A DNA stretch of 38,572 bases from contig JNEM01010983.1 in assembly GCA_000697335.1 (NCBI GenBank), positions 1 to 38,572 of the forward strand, read 5' to 3'. A model generated the notes under the pieces. That model searched no databases. It saw only the letters and a list, made by a program, of their open reading frames with translations, and was not told where the DNA came from. Position 1 is the stretch's first letter, and each line of letters starts with the position of its first letter. The DNA is from Conidiobolus incongruus B7586 (lineage: Eukaryota). Made by a program: the position numbers and the translations under genes. Positions 11,305-23,109 of the stretch are shown one piece after another.

Positions 11305-13389
11305 GTTGATTAATTTTAAATAATGCTTTACGCTCATCCACTCTTATTTATCCAACTATTCATTTGCTCATAGTTCATTTTGAATTATTAATCAAACTTT
11401 AACTGGTTTTATTTTAATTAAATTATTTTTTTTGGAATATTGCTCTTTGTATATTAATCATATTTTTTGAATTTTGAATATTCTTTTTTTAGGTTTACAG
11501 TTTTATTATCATGTATATGTTAATAAAATCTATGCCATTTCAAACATAATATTAATAATTATTTTTAAAATCATTCTTCAATAGTAATTAAAGACTAAAT
11601 ACTATACAATATATTACATTCATTGTTATCATGTATGACATTGTTTTTGTCGAAATTGCTAATAAATTGAATATTTTTCATATTTCCATTTTACAAAGCT
11701 CGTTATTGATATTGAATTCAATCATTAAAATCTTTTATATTTCATTATTTTTAAATATTAATTTTGATAGATATATTATACAACACGATTTGGGCATATA
11801 ATATGAAATAAACTTTAAAAATTCAAATTCATTTGTTCCATTACTGATAATAAAGGAAAATTTCTAAATTAGTTGCATTTTTTCAAGTTGGCGTTGAATG
11901 TCCATAAGATAAAATATTTTATAGTTTTTTGAAAAACTATTCAAGATTAAGTTTTAAACAATATAAAAAAAATATTAAAAATATTTAATTGATAAATATG
12001 GATATTTTATTATTAAAGCTTGAAATCCAGTTTAAAGATTACTTAAATAATCCTAAAATCCTGTAAGTATGAAATATTTCTTTGAAAAGGATGTTTATGC
12101 TTTTTCAAAATTAGTAATTAGTAAAATACTTAGATAATAATATATGATATAGACATCCAATATTCCGATTTAAATTTCAATTAATATATCATTCGTTTTA
12201 AATCTTGTGCAGGTTTTCAGTTAAATTCTATTTGTTAAACTTGATGATTTAATAAAACATGTATTAAAAATATAGGTTGTAGTCATATTAAATTATAAAT
12301 TTTAATGGTATTTCTATTCTAGAATTGAACTATAGATTTGAAATTGAATTTATTTCAGATTTGGCTTCCAAAATTATAAGATATATAAATTTTATAGAAC
12401 TAAAATTGTTTTTTAACATTTTTAATCATTTATCAAATATAATCCAATGTTTGATCTTGTATTTATATTTGATTATTGCTAATATACAATTTAGAAATAT
12501 ACCCAAGACCAATTAATTAAAATAAATTTAAATAATACAAAACTGTATATAGTTTTATAATAAGATTAAAGTAGGCAAATAAATATATATCTTTTGATTT
12601 CATAAATTTAATTCTATTATTTAACTAATTAAAAAGTTTGAATCAAAAATTCATAAATTTATATGATTAAAGGAAATTGCTACTTGATGATCATCGAAAT
12701 GTACTTGAAAATATGATTATAAAGTTACATGTATAATGATTTATATTATTTATCAAATAAAGTAAGCATTAACTAAAAACTCATACAAGGTTTAAACAGT
12801 ATAGCTATTGTCTTTAATTATAGTCTGCAATATTTAATTTTTTTTTGTTATCTGCCATGCCAATTTTAATCGTAAAAGGTGTATTTTAAACATGTCTCTC
12901 ATAGTACTAATGATTGATAATATCGCAATTTAATATTTGATTTAAAATATTAATTTGTATCTAGATTCTGTTTAATAGTAAAACTCAAATAGCGTTCGTC
13001 ATAAAATACATATTATTACTATCGTTAAAATATCGAATTAAGGTGAGATAGTTAGAGAAAACTAGTAAAGGGATATTATATAATATAGGATGAGAATTAG
13101 TATAATATATCATGAAAGACGTATATACCATAAATTTTCAAATTATATAATAAGAAATACTAGTTTAATGAAAGCTATCGGAGTGAATATTAGTAATATT
13201 TAAGGTATTTTCAATATCTTAAATGGATCCATTGTGAAATTTTTTGTTTGGTTAATTGCTTGCTAACATATCAAATCCAAATTATCTTTTGTTTGAATGG
13301 ATCTTATTTCTTTGGGATAAATGTTGATTTAAATTAATTTGAATTTACATCATTTATACGTTATGATTTAATTTGCTATCGTCATCTTC

Positions 13390-13444
13390 AGCCAATCATA
13401 TGACTTGATACACTAATTCAGGAAATTTTATTGACAATATAAAT
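13390..13444 (+). promoter_or_regulatory. Putative CCAAT box (AGCCAATCA, 13390-13398) and TATA-like element (TATAAAT, ~13438) upstream of the hydrolase gene
   Basis: Full NF-Y consensus match ~120 bp upstream of ATG 13516, followed by a TATA-like sequence. Chance matches are possible. Confidence 0.35.
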
Positions 13445-13515
13445 ATTCTGTAATCGAAATTTATAACTCACGTCATTCAATTGAATCAACTACATTGTAA
13501 TTAGTAAAATTTAAA

Positions 13516-14303
13516 ATGAGCTTAAATAAAGCATGCTGCACATTGCCTCCCGTTGCTTCTGACTACAAAGAAGTTGGCAAATACACTCAAATTAACGATT
13601 TCCAAGTTTATGAATCTGGTAATGCTGATGCCAAAGGAACTTTGATTGTTGTTTACGACATTTTCGGTTTCCACAAGGCTACTCACCAATTTGTTGATAA
13701 CATTGGTGCCAAGACTGGTCTTAGAGTTTTAGTCCCTGATTTCTTCCGTGGTAACCCCATCAAGCCTGAAGAATTCCCTCCTAAAGAGTAAGTCCTGAAT
13801 TAGATATTATCGATTTTTATCTAACAATATTCTTTAGTTTTGATGCTTTTGTTAAGAGGATCAATGACACTGCTGGTCCTGAAAAGTGCATTGATATTGT
13901 TAAGCAAGTTGTTGAGCACTATAACATTGATACTACCTCCAAACCCGCTGCCATTATTGGATTCTGCTGGGGATGCCACATTAGCCACCAAATTACTAAG
14001 CACCTTACTGACATCCAATTCAAGGCTTTCGCTGCCTGCCATCCTTCCTTTTGGAATGATGATACTGGATCTGAAATTGTTGTTCCTTTAATTGTCCTTC
14101 CCACAAAGGATGATTTTGATATGACCAAATTCTTCGAAAATATGAAGCCTGAAATCAGAGAAAAGTCTGAGCACCACCGCTTTGAAACTGTCCACCACGG
14201 TTTCTGTGCTGCTAGGGCTGATTTGAAGGATGAAGAAAACTTCAAGCAATACAACAGAGCTATTGAATTGATTTCTGAATACTTCAAAAAGCAATTATTC
14301 TAA
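13516..14303 (+). CDS. Dienelactone hydrolase-family alpha/beta hydrolase, 245 aa, exons 13516-13787 and 13838-14303
   Basis: Motifs ACCTLPPV, VVYDIFG, VLVPDFFRG, nucleophile elbow GFCWG, HPS and C-terminal HHGFCAAR. A 50-nt GTAAGT..TAG intron restores the frame. Confidence 0.93.
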
Positions 14304-15689
14304 ATGTAAGTTGATATTTTCTAATTATTCCATTATCGGATTATAAATAAAATTCATATTCAAAACTATACATTCACCAATTAGATACAATATAATATTT
14401 TACATATTCATAACTACATTGATTGTATTTTATTCGAATTACTGGAAGTAATTCATATCTCTTTTCTTTGGAAACATATTTTCAATTCCAATTTTTCATG
14501 CTTTATTCTAGAATATTATTTATCGAATTAACATAATGAACCCAAATTATTTAGATCCAATTTTTAGTTATAGTATCAATACAAAATGGAATTTTAAGGA
14601 TTTACTTGTATAAATATCAACTAAATAATAACTTTAATCTTTCATATTTCTAGGTTTAATTTATACTTTATGGATAAGATATCAAAATATTGTATTCTAA
14701 TGAAGTCATAAAATTTACAATTTTTATGATAAAATATATTCCAAATTTTTCATAACAATATCTATGTTATTTTTATTAGGGTCTAAACCGAAAAAAAATT
14801 ATTTGAAATATTTTATGAAGATATTATATAATTATAATATTCAAGGATCAATGTGAATATTTAAGGATTATTCAAAATAATAAACTATTTGAAATATTGA
14901 TTGATAACTTAAATTTATTATTTGTTTGATATTTCAATCTCAACTTGGTTATTCATTTTATATTCCAAAATTATTATTCAAATCATCAATATGTATTTAT
15001 ATATATTTTTCGTTTCATAATATTTATCATATACTTATCTAGTTTTATAATAAACATTGCTAAAAAATAATTTTAAAATCTTTTACTAAACAAATTCAAA
15101 TCAAATTTTCTGGTTACTCAAGATTAAGTAGAATAATTACAGAATTTGAAATATGAAATCAAGTTCTAATTATTTACTCTTGGTAAATATATGCTCAATA
15201 ATTTTTAAAGTCTTTAATGCTATTATATATGTTTTGATTTGTTAGCATTTGTTATAAAAGATTTTTCCAAAATGACAGTCAACTTTAATCTGTATTTTAA
15301 TATTTGTCAAAATTTTGATTATTCAATTTATAAATAAACTTAAATACTATGTTAAAATGATATATACATTATAAAAAGCCTTAATGGTAAAAATCTTTAT
15401 AATATCTAAAGACATTAATTTTTGGAAGGATATTATAAAATATTTGAATTATGTATCCAATTTGAGTATTACTTAAATTATAAAAAATTTATTTATAATA
15501 ATATTTGACACGTTGTAATGTCATCATTAATCCTAAACCAAGTTTTTTGCAATATCCCATGTGATAATATTAATAATTATAAACAGTCAAAACAGGTGAT
15601 AATTATAGCAAAAAGGGAACATCACGATTAATTAATTCTATTATATTAATTTATATAATCTTATTCTTATTTCAATATAAATTAAAAAT

Positions 15690-16542
15690 ATGTGGAAAGC
15701 TGTATTACAAAAAAGTATAAAAGAAAATATGAAGTTGAACCCTACTTCGGGTATGTTTCAAATATGTTTGATAAATAATTTATGAGAGCTAAATTTGTAT
15801 AGTTTACTTCCAGATGTCAAATTTGACAGACGAAGGACTACCAACTGTAAGAACAGTCGTTTTCAGGGGGTTCATTGCTGAAAAGAAGCCAAAAGATTTA
15901 AGCCATGGGTATTGGATGTCGGATTTGATAGTGACTACTACTCATTTCCACTCTAATAAAGTGAAACAACTCCTTGAAAATAACGTTGTTGAGCTCTGTT
16001 GGTTAGTACTAATATATACACTTATCTAAATAATTTATTAAATTTTATAAATCAGGTATTTTCCTGAAACCCATGAACAATACCGTCTAAAAGGAAAAGC
16101 TCATCTGGTAGCGGACCCAATTCACAATATTCCACCACCCACGAGCTTAGAAAGCAAGTCATATCATCAACACTTAAGTTACACGCCACATATTGACCCC
16201 AATTCTGCAGCTTACGAAATTCCAACTGAGCCACCTAAATATGACTGGGAAAAGGAGAGAATGTACCATTTCAATCGATTAAAGCCCGAGTTGAGAGCTA
16301 GCTTCACTTGGCCACCACCTGGTCAGCCCAGAACTGAACCTGACGAGAGGTTTATTCCTCAACTCCATGAAGGAGACACTAGCTCTGTACTTGCTACGAT
16401 GGCTCTACAGAACTTTGTGCTTATTGTAATTGAAGTTAATCATGTTGATCGCTGTGTATTAAATTGTTTTCCTCACAAGAGATTCTTTTACAAATGGAAT
16501 ATGGGTTCAAAATCCTGGGTTGAGACAGAAGTCAATCCTTAG
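15690..16542 (+). CDS. Pyridoxamine 5'-phosphate oxidase-like FMN-binding protein (Pyridox_oxase_2 / YGR017W-like), exons 15690-15750, 15803-16001, 16056-16542
   Basis: Spliced product begins MWKAVLQKSI and contains YFQMSNL, GLPTVRTVVFRGF, SNKVKQL, VELCWYFPETHEQYRLKG, LRASFTWPPPGQP, ALQNFVLIVIEVNHVD and C-terminal WVETEVNP, all characteristic of this split-barrel family. Confidence 0.88.
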
Positions 16543-17020
16543 ATAATGTTAATAGTTTTAAATTAAACCAATTAAAACCAACTTTGTTTATATTAATTAT
16601 TTTATATTGAATATCTGATAATGATGCATTTGCTATTCCAATACTCATATATATAATTTATTTGATGTATTGAATATATTACCAAATACTTCAAATAAAT
16701 ATCATTTCAATATACCACTAAGCAGCTAGATTGCTATAAATTATATGAAATCTTGTAAACATTATATAAAAAAAATTCAAATCAATTTATTTAATCATTC
16801 CAATTTCCTAAAATTGTAATATTAAATTTAAAATGGATACCCTTAATTTTGTGGTTTAAGTTGGATTTGATTGATTTCATCATAAATTACTCTTGTATCT
16901 GCATTTTAAACCTAACTTTACAATTAAATAATTCTTCATATATAATCATTAAATATTTATAATATAGTAACAGTATTTTAATTTATATAATATCATATAT
17001 TTATAACAAGTTATCTAAAA

Positions 17021-18967
17021 ATGAATATTCAATATGTTGCACCTGAAGATCTGTATACTGGTATTATTAAAAAGATTTTATTAATATGTATTTAAATTAA
17101 TCCTTATATAGAAAAGGATGATCTTTATGTTCAAACAACCGAAAACAGTTCCATTCCCCCTCCTAATTCAAAGACAGTACCCCGTCTCCAATCCAGGAAA
17201 CATCCACTTAACCAAATGAAGACAAGAGGTCCTATAATGGGTCCATATGGCGAAATACCACCGCCTAAACGTCAAGTTGAAGATGACCCCAGACTTATTC
17301 AGTTATTAAAAATGCCTGTTTATGTATTAGACCAATTGGAACCTGGTAGTACTGAAGAAGTTTTAAATAGTTTAGTAATGGTTAATGAAGCTGCCGATGA
17401 GTCGTTCCAATTAGGACTTGTCGATCCAAGATTATTAGCAAGAATAGCGGAGCTTGAGGTATATAATTAATAGTTATTTTTTGTAATTCCATTATTTATT
17501 TCATTTTTAAATAGAAGTCTTTATTATCTTATGGTCCCCAAGAACTCACGCAGGCTAGATATAAATCTAACCCTTTGGAGGGTATTGGTTCTATGATGTT
17601 TATTAATAGAGCGGCAATGAAATTGGTGTGTTTAGACGCTCACTTCAAATTCACAAATAAGGATCATGTCTATCTTCAAAATGAAAAAGTATTATTTTGA
17701 CTTTTAATTTTTATATAAGTTAATTAATTTTAATTTCAATAGGTATATCGGTTTGCTGACCTTGGAGGAGGTCCTGGCGGCTTTGCAGGTAATATATATC
17801 CATTAGTTTTATTTATTAAGAAACTAAAAAATACTGTTTCTAGAATATTTGTTATGGCGACCATTCAGCTTTGGAGGCAATTCAATCGGTTGGGGTATTA
17901 CTAAAAGAGGAGACTCTGAGTATCAGTTAGAAAATTTTCATCCTTCGCTTCAACCAAATCCAAAATTAACTGTATTATATGGAGAAGATGGAACAGGTAA
18001 CTTTAATAAACTCCTTGATTAATAATCTTAAATACTAATAACTATACACTAGGAAATTTATGCTCTGCTGCAAACATTCGCTCATTTTCAAATCAAGTTC
18101 TACAAGCTACGGATAATGTAGGAGTTGATATTGTTACAGCTGATGGTTTAGCCGACTCTCCTTATTCTTTAAGTCAAAAAAATGAAGATTTTCGTCAATT
18201 CCTCACCGCCCAAGTCCTAAATATGTTTATTATTTTAAGAGAAGGTAATCCTTCTGTGATTTATTTTAATTTTACATATATTGATATTTTTATTTAGGGG
18301 GAACTTTTATCTTAAAGCTTCATGATATCCATTCACCATTCACATTAGGCCTAATATGGTTATTATACAGACATTTCGATAAGATTTGTCTCGCTAAACC
18401 AGTGACGAGTCGTCCTGCTAATTCCGAAAAGTGGGTTTATTAATTATTCCATTTTAATTTTATATGTATTAATTTTATCTAGATACTTGTTAGGACACCG
18501 TCTTACTCGCCCGTCACCTGAAGTGATTGAGCACTTGTACTCTGTTTTACATCAGTTGCAAACTCAACCACAATCTGTAGTTTCTTTAGTCAATTTAGAA
18601 CCTGTCATGAATGACGAAAGGTTTTTGACCTATATCCGCAATATGATTTCTAGGTAAATTCCTATTTTAGTTCACTTTTATTTGAGATTTACAAAATATA
18701 ATGTTTAGATTTTGTATACAGCAACATGATGCACTTGAAGATCTCGTTAAATTCTGCAAGGATCCGATGTTGCCTCAAAGAGTGCCCAATTTTCCTGTTA
18801 AAGGTTTAGCTAGCAGAATATGGTGTATTCAAAAAGAACGCTATCATAGAAAAGATATGTCTGAGATGCGTATACATCCTTCAAGGACACACCATTACAG
18901 ATACGATCCTTACCAAAAGGATGGAGTGAGAGGTGGCAGAAAGATGTATCCTCGACCTCCCTATTAA
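17021..18967 (+). CDS. CMTR1: Cap-specific mRNA (nucleoside-2'-O)-methyltransferase 1-like (RrmJ/FtsJ fold), ~504 aa, 9 exons: 17021-17060, 17112-17458, 17515-17688, 17743-17788, 17844-17996, 18053-18244, 18298-18430, 18483-18653, 18709-18967
   Basis: Spliced motifs ARYKSNPLE...FINRAAMKL, FADLGGGPGGFAEYLLWR, GVDIVTADG, LREGGTFILKLHD and CLAKPVTSRPANSEKY match recalled human CMTR1 motifs (FLNRAAMKM, FADVCAGPGGFSEYVLWR, MADG, KPITSRPANSERY). Exons sum to 1515 nt with an open frame. Confidence 0.88.
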
Positions 18968-19565
18968 TGATTATCCGAGTGTTCAGAAATATAGATATTG
19001 ATAACTCGAAATTTGAGGATTTGAAATAATATAAAACAAAATAGTTTTGAACAGTATGAAAAATAATACTAACAATTATTGCAAGTTCATCTCATTAAAA
19101 ACTTTGTCATTTTTATCAATAAATGATAGTAGTTAGACTAGATCTTAACTCATATTTGTTCCAATTATATTAATTTAATAATTTAAATCTATTAAATTTG
19201 ACTATAGCTTGATTGTTTTTTTAGTGCAGTCAGTTCTAAATATTACAATATATTTGGTATTTAATTCAAACTAAACATAATGATTTTGTAATTAAAATTT
19301 GTTATATATTTTTAATTTTAAGCTTTTCAGTTATAACATTTTGAATGTAAAATTGTGTTACATTCAGATAAGTCTATTTAGTTATAATCTAATTGTAAAT
19401 CCCATAAAATTAGTTTGGGATTAGATGTAAATGTAAGCCATGAATTGGAATTAAAGCATTAATTAAATTAACAGTCTTTTCGCTTTGATTTCAATTTCTA
19501 AATATAAAATATATTATCATTTGATTTATTCTTCTTTCCAACCAATTATAAATACTATTCCTTAA

Positions 19566-20284
19566 ATGGTAAATATAACTAAAAATAAGAGGGATTTGAA
19601 TTTTTATTGATTGAATTTTTAGAATCAAGAAAATTTAGTTGTTGATATTTATCCTCAAGACGAGCATAAAGAATTAATGGCGGCTCAAGATCCAAATGCC
19701 CAACTTCAATACCTTCAACCTGTAGATTCTACCAATTTACCTTTCCGAGGTGGCAGTTTATCCTATACTTTGAACCGATTTTGGACTCAGGAGTTCCGTA
19801 ACTCTCAAATTGTTGACTTGGATCCCAAACACCATATTCTTCCATTGGCTAGAATTAAAAAAGTTATGAAAACTGATGAAGAAGTTAAGGTATATTAAAT
19901 TAATATTTTTTTTTGAAAAAATTTAACATTTATTCAATGAATCTTTATTAAATATTATAGATGATTAGCGCAGAGGTAAATTTATTTTAAATTATTTAAT
20001 TTAATTCAGTATCAAATCAAATATTTTAGGCTCCTATTCTTTTCTCCAGAGCTTGTGAATCTTTTATTGCTGAAATTTCTATTAGAGCTTGGCACCACGC
20101 TGAAGAGAGTAAGAGACGTACCCTTCAAAGATCAGATATTGCTGTTGCACTTTCGAAATCGGACCAGTATGACTTTTTAATTGATATTGTCCCTAGGGAA
20201 GAAGCTGTCCAACCTTATAAACGTAACTATCATCATACTTCTTTCACAGGAAAATTTGATCAACAAGGTCAGCCTGTCACTCAA

Positions 20285-20315
<31 letters not shown>

Positions 20316-20371
20316 AACAACAACAGCAATCATATTATAATGTACCACGTAACGGCCAAGAACAAAAATAG
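19566..20371 (+). CDS. HAP5: CCAAT-binding factor subunit NF-YC / Hap5, exons 19566-19568, 19623-19889, 19961-19975, 20030-20371
   Basis: Histone-fold [81 protein letters not shown], with a Q-rich C-terminus. The start could alternatively be ATG 19677. Confidence 0.95.
20282..20329 (+). repeat. CAG/CAA repeat encoding Q16 in the Hap5 C-terminus
   Basis: 48 nt made only of CAA/CAG codons, in frame with Hap5. Confidence 0.92.
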
Positions 20372-20602
20372 GCTCTTTTATAATATAATTATTTCTGTTT
20401 ATTGATTACATAATAATATTTGCTTTTTTGCCAGAAGATACTTTAATTTTACAATATTTTTCTGTTAACTATGTTATTTATATTTATTGGCACAAATAAC
20501 TATCAATATATAATAATATTATGTGTAATGATAAAATTATGTAAAATATTTATTAATAGATAATATGCATTCCTTAAATCAGATGAAAAACTATAATTGA
20601 TA

Positions 20603-21406
20603 TTACAACAATGTATAGAGAATAATTAAAGTTAAAATATAACTCCATGTGATAGATATCTTGGATGAACCACTACTCTTAGATTTCGCATGATCATTTT
20701 TACCACCTCCAGGTTGATTGGATTTTTTGTCACCTTTTCCTGACTCATACGATTCTGAAGTTTTTCCAACACATTCATCCAATCTCACTAGCTTATATCC
20801 TTTATCCAAAGCCAAATCAATAATCTTATCAGTTTGATTAACTGAATTGGGAGCCGTATCATGTTGTAAAGAGATGAACGATCCTTTGGCAGGAGGAACG
20901 ATAGCATCCAACTGCCTTTTGAAACTCAAAAATGGCTGAGGGTTGTTAACAAAATCCTCAGTATCCAAATTGTGGCTAGTAACGGTAAATCCCATACTCT
21001 CGTACTTTTCAATCAAATCTTTGGGGTAATTAGCTTCATAAGGTAATGTCAAATAGGTTGGTTTCTGATTAGTTATGGATTCGATATCAGACTGCAACTT
21101 GGTCAATTGATTGAAATGCGCTTCATCATCCAATTTAATGTTTTTGATTGGAGTTTTAGACATAATTCCAATTAAATGGCCGTCTTGCTGGGCTTGTTGA
21201 ACATATGCAGTAATATAGGGCACATTCAAATAATCGGTGGTAAAGTGAAAACTTGCCTTAACTGATTTTTCATTCAAAATATTCAATAAATTTCCGGTAT
21301 ATGGCGATGGACCATCATCAAAAGTTAATGCCAATTGACCAGGCTTTTGACATGAGAAAAATACCTTAGCAGAGCAAAGATCTAACAGAATCAATGAAAA
21401 TTTCAT
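20603..21406 (-). CDS. Secreted, probably GPI-anchored CE4 (NodB/chitin deacetylase-like) protein, 267 aa, intronless, likely catalytically inactive
   Basis: Short signal peptide, then SCQKPGQLALTFDDGP, KASFHF, GHLIG, NLDTEDF, ISLQHD and KGYKLVRLDECVG. Ends with an S/G/K-rich linker and a hydrophobic tail (ITWSYILTLIILYTLL). Confidence 0.9.
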   Translation of the reverse strand: MKFSLILLDLCSAKVFFSCQKPGQLALTFDDGPSPYTGNLLNILNEKSVKASFHFTTDYLNVPYITAYVQQAQQDGHLIGIMSKTPIKNIKLDDEAHFNQLTKLQSDIESITNQKPTYLTLPYEANYPKDLIEKYESMGFTVTSHNLDTEDFVNNPQPFLSFKRQLDAIVPPAKGSFISLQHDTAPNSVNQTDKIIDLALDKGYKLVRLDECVGKTSESYESGKGDKKSNQPGGGKNDHAKSKSSGSSKISITWSYILTLIILYTLL

Positions 21407-21788
21407 AATATTAAATTAAAATTTAATTAATAAAATACTGAATGTTGATTTTAATATAATTAAAATGGTATTTATACTGATTATGTAAATTATCAGTTTG
21501 CTGAAAGTAATTTACATTATATTAAATTGCAATATAATATCATATAAAGTTTAATTGATTAAACATTAATTTGATAACTGTAAGAAGATCGATGATGAAC
21601 ATTAATGCCAACTCTAGGATTTCATCTTGATGGCCAGAGATATAAGTGATAATGTGCAAAATAATCTTGAGGGCTACGAGTATCAGTTGGGTCGCAATGG
21701 CTAGACGGCTGGGTTCGGTATACATAACTAATTGAAAATCCGGGAAATTAGAGCAAGTGAGAGTAGTAGTGTAAGTTATACAACGACA

Positions 21789-21792
<4 letters not shown>

Positions 21793-21829
<37 letters not shown>
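21793..21829. repeat. (AT)18 microsatellite
   Basis: Direct read of a perfect dinucleotide tract. Confidence 0.95.
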
Positions 21830-21831
<2 letters not shown>

Positions 21832-22213
21832 ATTGTAAGAGGTCTGAGTTTTATTAACATAAGAGGTATACTGAATCGAATAAATTATAATATGACGGAA
21901 AGATAGATTTAGTAACACGCTAGAATACAAGTGTTATACTTAGAAGTTCTGGAGTTAAAAGGAGAGGATAGTTGGTAGTAAAGGTAGTTTTATTTAGTCA
22001 AACAAAAAATCAGGTTTGTACCTAGAAGAAAACAGTAAATTTAAAGTGTGTTTGGATGCGTGGCCGAATAATGGTGTATCCTTGTAAAGGTTATCAGGAT
22101 TGGTTCTTTGTTCTGGTTTATTCGAAGCAGCAGAGTGTAAAAAAAGCCATTAGTGTAATATATGGTTGAATGAGAAAAAATATAGATCAAAGATGACTAA
22201 AATAAGTTTTGAT

Positions 22214-22286
22214 TGGAGAATCGGGGTATCGATCCCCGTGCCTCTCGCATGCTAAGCGAGCGCTCTACCATTTGAGCTAATTCCCC
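22214..22286 (-). tRNA. tRNA-Ala (anticodon AGC), intronless, 73 nt
   Basis: Reverse complement is GGGGAATTAGCTCAAATGGTAGAGCGCTCGCTTAGCATGCGAGAGGCACGGGGATCGATACCCCGATTCTCCA. It folds into a cloverleaf with acceptor stem GGGGAAT/ATTCTCC carrying the G3:U70 Ala determinant, anticodon loop TTAGCAT and the eukaryotic Ala-type GATCG T-loop. Confidence 0.97.
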
Positions 22287-23109
22287 GTTCTCAATGTCAA
22301 ATAATGAAAGTTGACAAAATTAATTATATAATCACTGACAATAATATAATCAAACTCTTGTATTCCAACCATTTTCAAATCATTATATTTCAAATATCGT
22401 CTTTATATTTCTTTTATATCATATAATTTTTTCAAACTTCTATTTCAATTTGACATTTATTATTATGTAATTATATTTTTTATTTTTCCATATTTCGAAT
22501 AATTTTCAATAAATATATCACTTACATATCACTCCAAATAAATTTTTATTTTGATTATTTTAACACTTAAAATGGATTGCTTTATCTAACTTGGTTATGA
22601 ACCACTATATTCAGTCCACATTAATTTACAACTGACTGACTGGGAACAAAGAAATGTTGACAGTTATTATATTTCAAAATATTTGAATATTAAAATATTT
22701 CAAATTTGAAAAACGCAATAAACCGATTTTTCAACGTTAACGGATATGACACTGAATTAACTTCAAAGCATAGCCATATAGTTGATTGTATTTATTAAAA
22801 TCGAATTTTATAATTTATACATGTGGGTTCAAATTTAACAAAAAACAACTTGCAAAAATGCATGAATATGGATATATTTTAATCATGAGTTACAATTTTA
22901 AATAACAATATAAAATTTTCGCTTTAGTCATTTAATTATCTCTTCTTTGAATTACGATATATATATTATATACTATACTTGTAATTTACATTTTAACCTA
23001 TTTAGCACATTAATTATTTTTAATAAATATAGCGATATTAACCTATAAAATTTAGCTTTTATTAAACATGGTATTACATTTTCAAATTCAAATTTTCACA
23101 CTTAAAATT

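Noticed and set aside
13821..14294. Antisense and alternate-frame ORFs in the dienelactone hydrolase second exon
   Set aside because: Explained by the spliced plus-strand gene.
20181..20405. 74-aa ORF with poly-Ser/Asn
   Set aside because: Alternate reading frame of the Hap5 polyQ exon.
13516..21406. Possible functional gene cluster (hydrolase, FMN-binding protein, methyltransferase, transcription factor, deacetylase)
   Set aside because: The methyltransferase is an RNA cap enzyme and Hap5 is a general factor. There is no backbone biosynthetic gene, so this is ordinary gene adjacency.
21590..21672. ATGATGA followed by CTTGA motifs resembling a C/D snoRNA
   Set aside because: The D boxes are non-canonical and I could not identify a guide sequence.
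21540..21930. Minus-strand ORFs of 106 aa and 60 aa containing YIYIYI runs
   Set aside because: Kept open by the (AT)n microsatellite, with non-ATG starts and no protein-like features.
22214..22286. tRNA-Ala strongly resembles vertebrate tRNA-Ala(AGC), raising contamination or a SINE
   Set aside because: This tRNA is highly conserved across eukaryotes, the cloverleaf is perfect, there is no SINE body or tail, and the flanks match the local AT-rich genome.
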